DNA of 63,241 nucleotides, counting the filler, from Choristocarpus tenellus KU-1152 (Eukaryota; Protista; Phaeophyceae): NCBI GenBank assembly GCA_964200185.2. It is 10 parts of 10 records of this genome, joined end to end, with 100 filler letters (N's around TTAATTAATTAA, not from the genome) between each part and the next. Parts side by side here need not be neighbours in the genome. Positions count along the whole stretch, not along the records: positions 60,545 to 63,241 come from CAXNAD020025557.1; 9 more parts are not named here. The stretch is one strand, 5' to 3'. Each line of letters opens with the position of its first letter. The first letter of the stretch is position 1. The position numbers were made by a program, and so were the translations under genes. Below are positions 60,545-63,241 of this stretch, in pieces. The notes under the pieces were generated by a model that was not told the origin of the DNA, did not search any database, and worked only from the letters and a program-made list of their open reading frames with translations.

Positions 60545-63241
60545 CCGTGATCTCACCCTGGTGGGGGCAGGAGTTGCATACAGGGAGGGGGAGGGAGGGG
60601 AAGATGGCAGGGGGGGGGAGGCTGCCCCATGGCACAGGAAACAGCATTTTCAGGCGTTTTGTGAAGGAAGTACAGTCATCACTACTGGCAGGTGGTGTCC
60701 TTCACCAGAAAGTGTGTCAAAGAACGCCACCACACCAGTTGTTAACAGACTTGATGCTTACTTTGGGGGCAGGGGAGCAGCTGATCGATGTGGGAGCAGG
60801 TGAACATTTTTTTAATTTCTAAAATCAATGCAGCTGATCGTTTTCTGTGTGGCTTCAGATTTTGGGCCGCCCTGACCCTCCTCCCTCACCTATCGACAAT
60901 AATGTTTGATGTGGACATGAATCCCTGTCTATTTTTTTCATGATGCTCCTCACTGCAGGTAGTGCAGTGAAGGTGGGTTGCTGCTGTACAGCAGCTTTGT
61001 GCACATGACTCTTCATACGCTACATGCACCGAAAAAACAGTCCTAAAGCCAACCTAAACGTTCTCTAGCCACAACAGCATATAAAGATTAATTTGCACAA
61101 AGAGATTCGAAGGTCACAGTTGAAGTTCCCCCCCCCCCCTGACACTTGGGGTGTTTCTCGCTATTGTGTGGTGTTCCCTCCTCCATGCACCAGCATTCTG
61201 TGCTCCATTTTGAGTATCTGGGCTTAGGTGCTATCAATCTCACGGGGAAAAGATAGGGGTCTTTTATCCTTGTGTTGTTCGTGATGTCTTGCGCCTCTGC
61301 TGCTGTCTAAGTGTTTATCCTGTGAGCTGCTTGCTCACTTGTCAGCAACAAGGACAAGAGTGCCAGTCCTAACCCTTGTACAGCGATCCTATCAATAATG
61401 GACCCCGTTACGTGGTTGTATTGAGTTTTTTTTTTATACGGTAGAGTGCAGTGAATGTTATTTACTGAAGCGGCTCTTTGTTTGGCTTAGTTTAACTAGG
61501 TGGACAGGAACTTGTGTGTGGAGGTCAGTTAGTTTTGGTTTGGTGGTTCATGTCATCACAGGTAAGGTGCTAATATTGTCTCCTTGAGGGGACTAGGATT
61601 GACAAAAACAATACGCAAGGGGTTCATTTTTGACCCCTTGAGTGAATTGCCATTGGAAAAATGATGGACAAAGGGTTCTCGGGGCTTTTTACTCTTGAGT
61701 GGAGTGTCATAGACAAATACTAGGTAAAGGATTATTTTTCAACTCCTCTAGGGGATTGAAATTGACAAAGCGCATGGTATAGGTTTTTTTTAAAGCAACT
61801 GCTGAAACCCTTCAACCCTAGGGCCTGTGAACAACATTACAATGCATTGTTTAGTCCGTAGTACCCTCTACCTTGCCTCAGTGATACCCTTGCTCATGTC
61901 TTTCAACAGCTCCGGAAGTAGCCCAGGCCTCCTAGGCTACAGCACAGGTGAAAACAGTGACTGTGACTGGCTTAACACTAGCTACAGGAGGCAGAGGCGC
62001 AAGTCATCCGGCGGTGTTGACATGGGAGACCTCTCTTACAGTAGAACCGATCGCAAGGACTGTGGTCCTGGAGGTGTACGTGGAGAGGAAAGGAGGTGGA
62101 GGGGAAGAGGGCAGGGGGGGGGGAGGAGCAGTAGGGCCTCGCAGGTAGGGGATAGTCGTCACAGTTCCTCCACGGGAGCAGAGCTTTTGAAAGTAAAAAA
62201 GCAGAGCCATCAGGAAGGCCAGAGTGACAACCAATGCCATCACAGTGGTGGGGCTCATCACAACCCCAACACTCCAAAGCATTTTGATTGTCATTGGAGT
62301 GGTAACTCCTCTGGTGTCAAGGGGGATGGGGCACTCCCAGATCCCAGCACTCCTAATCTTGGGGCTGGGGGGAGGTGCACAGGAGGCCAACAGAGTAAAA
62401 GGTCAAAGGGTAGGGGGCCTGGGGGGGGCAGTGGTGACTTTTTTTCTCCACCCAAGATGTCTCTTGTCAGCGGAGGTGTTGGTAGCAGTTCTGGTGGTGG
62501 TGGCACTGGTGGCGGCTTAGGGTTATTGGGAGGAGCAGTGTCCTTGTCCTCTACTGGATGGGTAGGGGGAGGGGGGGAAGGGAAGGAGACCACTGCTTCA
62601 CACATCAAGCGCAACGACTCTATCTTGAGGAGCTTGTTGTCGGGTGGGCGGGCTGGGGGTGACTACAATCCAGGGTTCCGAGGTCTTGGGGGCAATGTTG
62701 CCTCAGGACCTGGTGCTATGCCAGAGTTTGGTCTATGGAAAAATGTGAAAAAATCATCAATCACCCGTGGGTATGTAGGTAGCCATGGGGAAGGGACCAG
62801 TTCCACAGTGACCGGTGGGCCTGGGTCTGGGACCAAGACCAATGAGCATGCCTTACCCCCGCCACCACTACAGAGCACTTTGTGTGACCCAGAGCAGTCA
62901 CACAAGTGCTCTGGAGTGGCTGGTAGAGAAAAGGTCTCCAAGTTGAAGGGGGGTGTCGCCCCAGAACCCTGCTTGATGGGGAGGGAGAAAGGTGAGACAG
63001 GGGGTGGGGGCATTGGCAGTAGATGTGAACGATGCAGTGTCAGAGATGAAACTTGTGATGCCATGGAACCATCTCAAAGGGCTGATACCCCAATTGGGAG
63101 TGCTGAACCTCTTGAAGGGACAGGATCTCAGCATGACAGAGGGGAACAGATGGGAACAGGGGTAGGGTCAGGGTCAGTGGGATGGGGACCGCTTGGGTGG
63201 GGTCAATTGCCCAGAGGCCATGCCCCAGGGCCACCAGCTTC
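60545..63241 (+). CDS. Internal exons of an unknown Gly/Ser-rich, probably disordered protein (partial)
   Basis: Exon ~60545-60799 ends in AG|GTGAAC (phase 2). After the acceptor TTTCAACAG at ~61909 the frame SGSSPGLLGYSTGENSDCDWLNTSY.. stays open for about 440 codons to the window end, so the ORF track misses it. Confidence 0.65.

Overview
Eukaryotic nuclear DNA with intron-rich genes. Gene content, CRE-type retroelements and long poly-G/C tracts suggest a photosynthetic stramenopile, probably a brown alga (inference). The window is ten contigs joined by artificial 100-bp N44-TTAATTAATTAA-N44 linkers, so adjacency across linkers is not biological. Genes I could splice by hand: PRMT7 (partial), endonuclease III/NTH1 (partial), cytosolic aspartyl-tRNA synthetase with an N-terminal WHEP domain (partial), an intronless LPCAT/LPEAT acyltransferase, a plastid-targeted DUF1995 protein, the 3' part of a USP48/UBP26-like protease, the last exon of a carbohydrate sulfotransferase, a 9-exon IQ-WW-IQ-WW-coiled coil-SAM-FKBP protein, and tRNA-Thr(CGT). 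Mobile DNA includes three MITE families with shared termini (one repeatedly nested in another), CRE-type non-LTR 3' ends, Ty1/copia remnants, a hAT-like fragment with a Tudor-like tail and a Ginger/Gypsy pre-integrase-like ORF. The strongest novelty candidates are the IQ-WW-SAM-FKBP architecture, the shared-terminus nested MITE system and WHEP-AspRS. Exon boundaries were read by eye and are approximate, and no database search was run.
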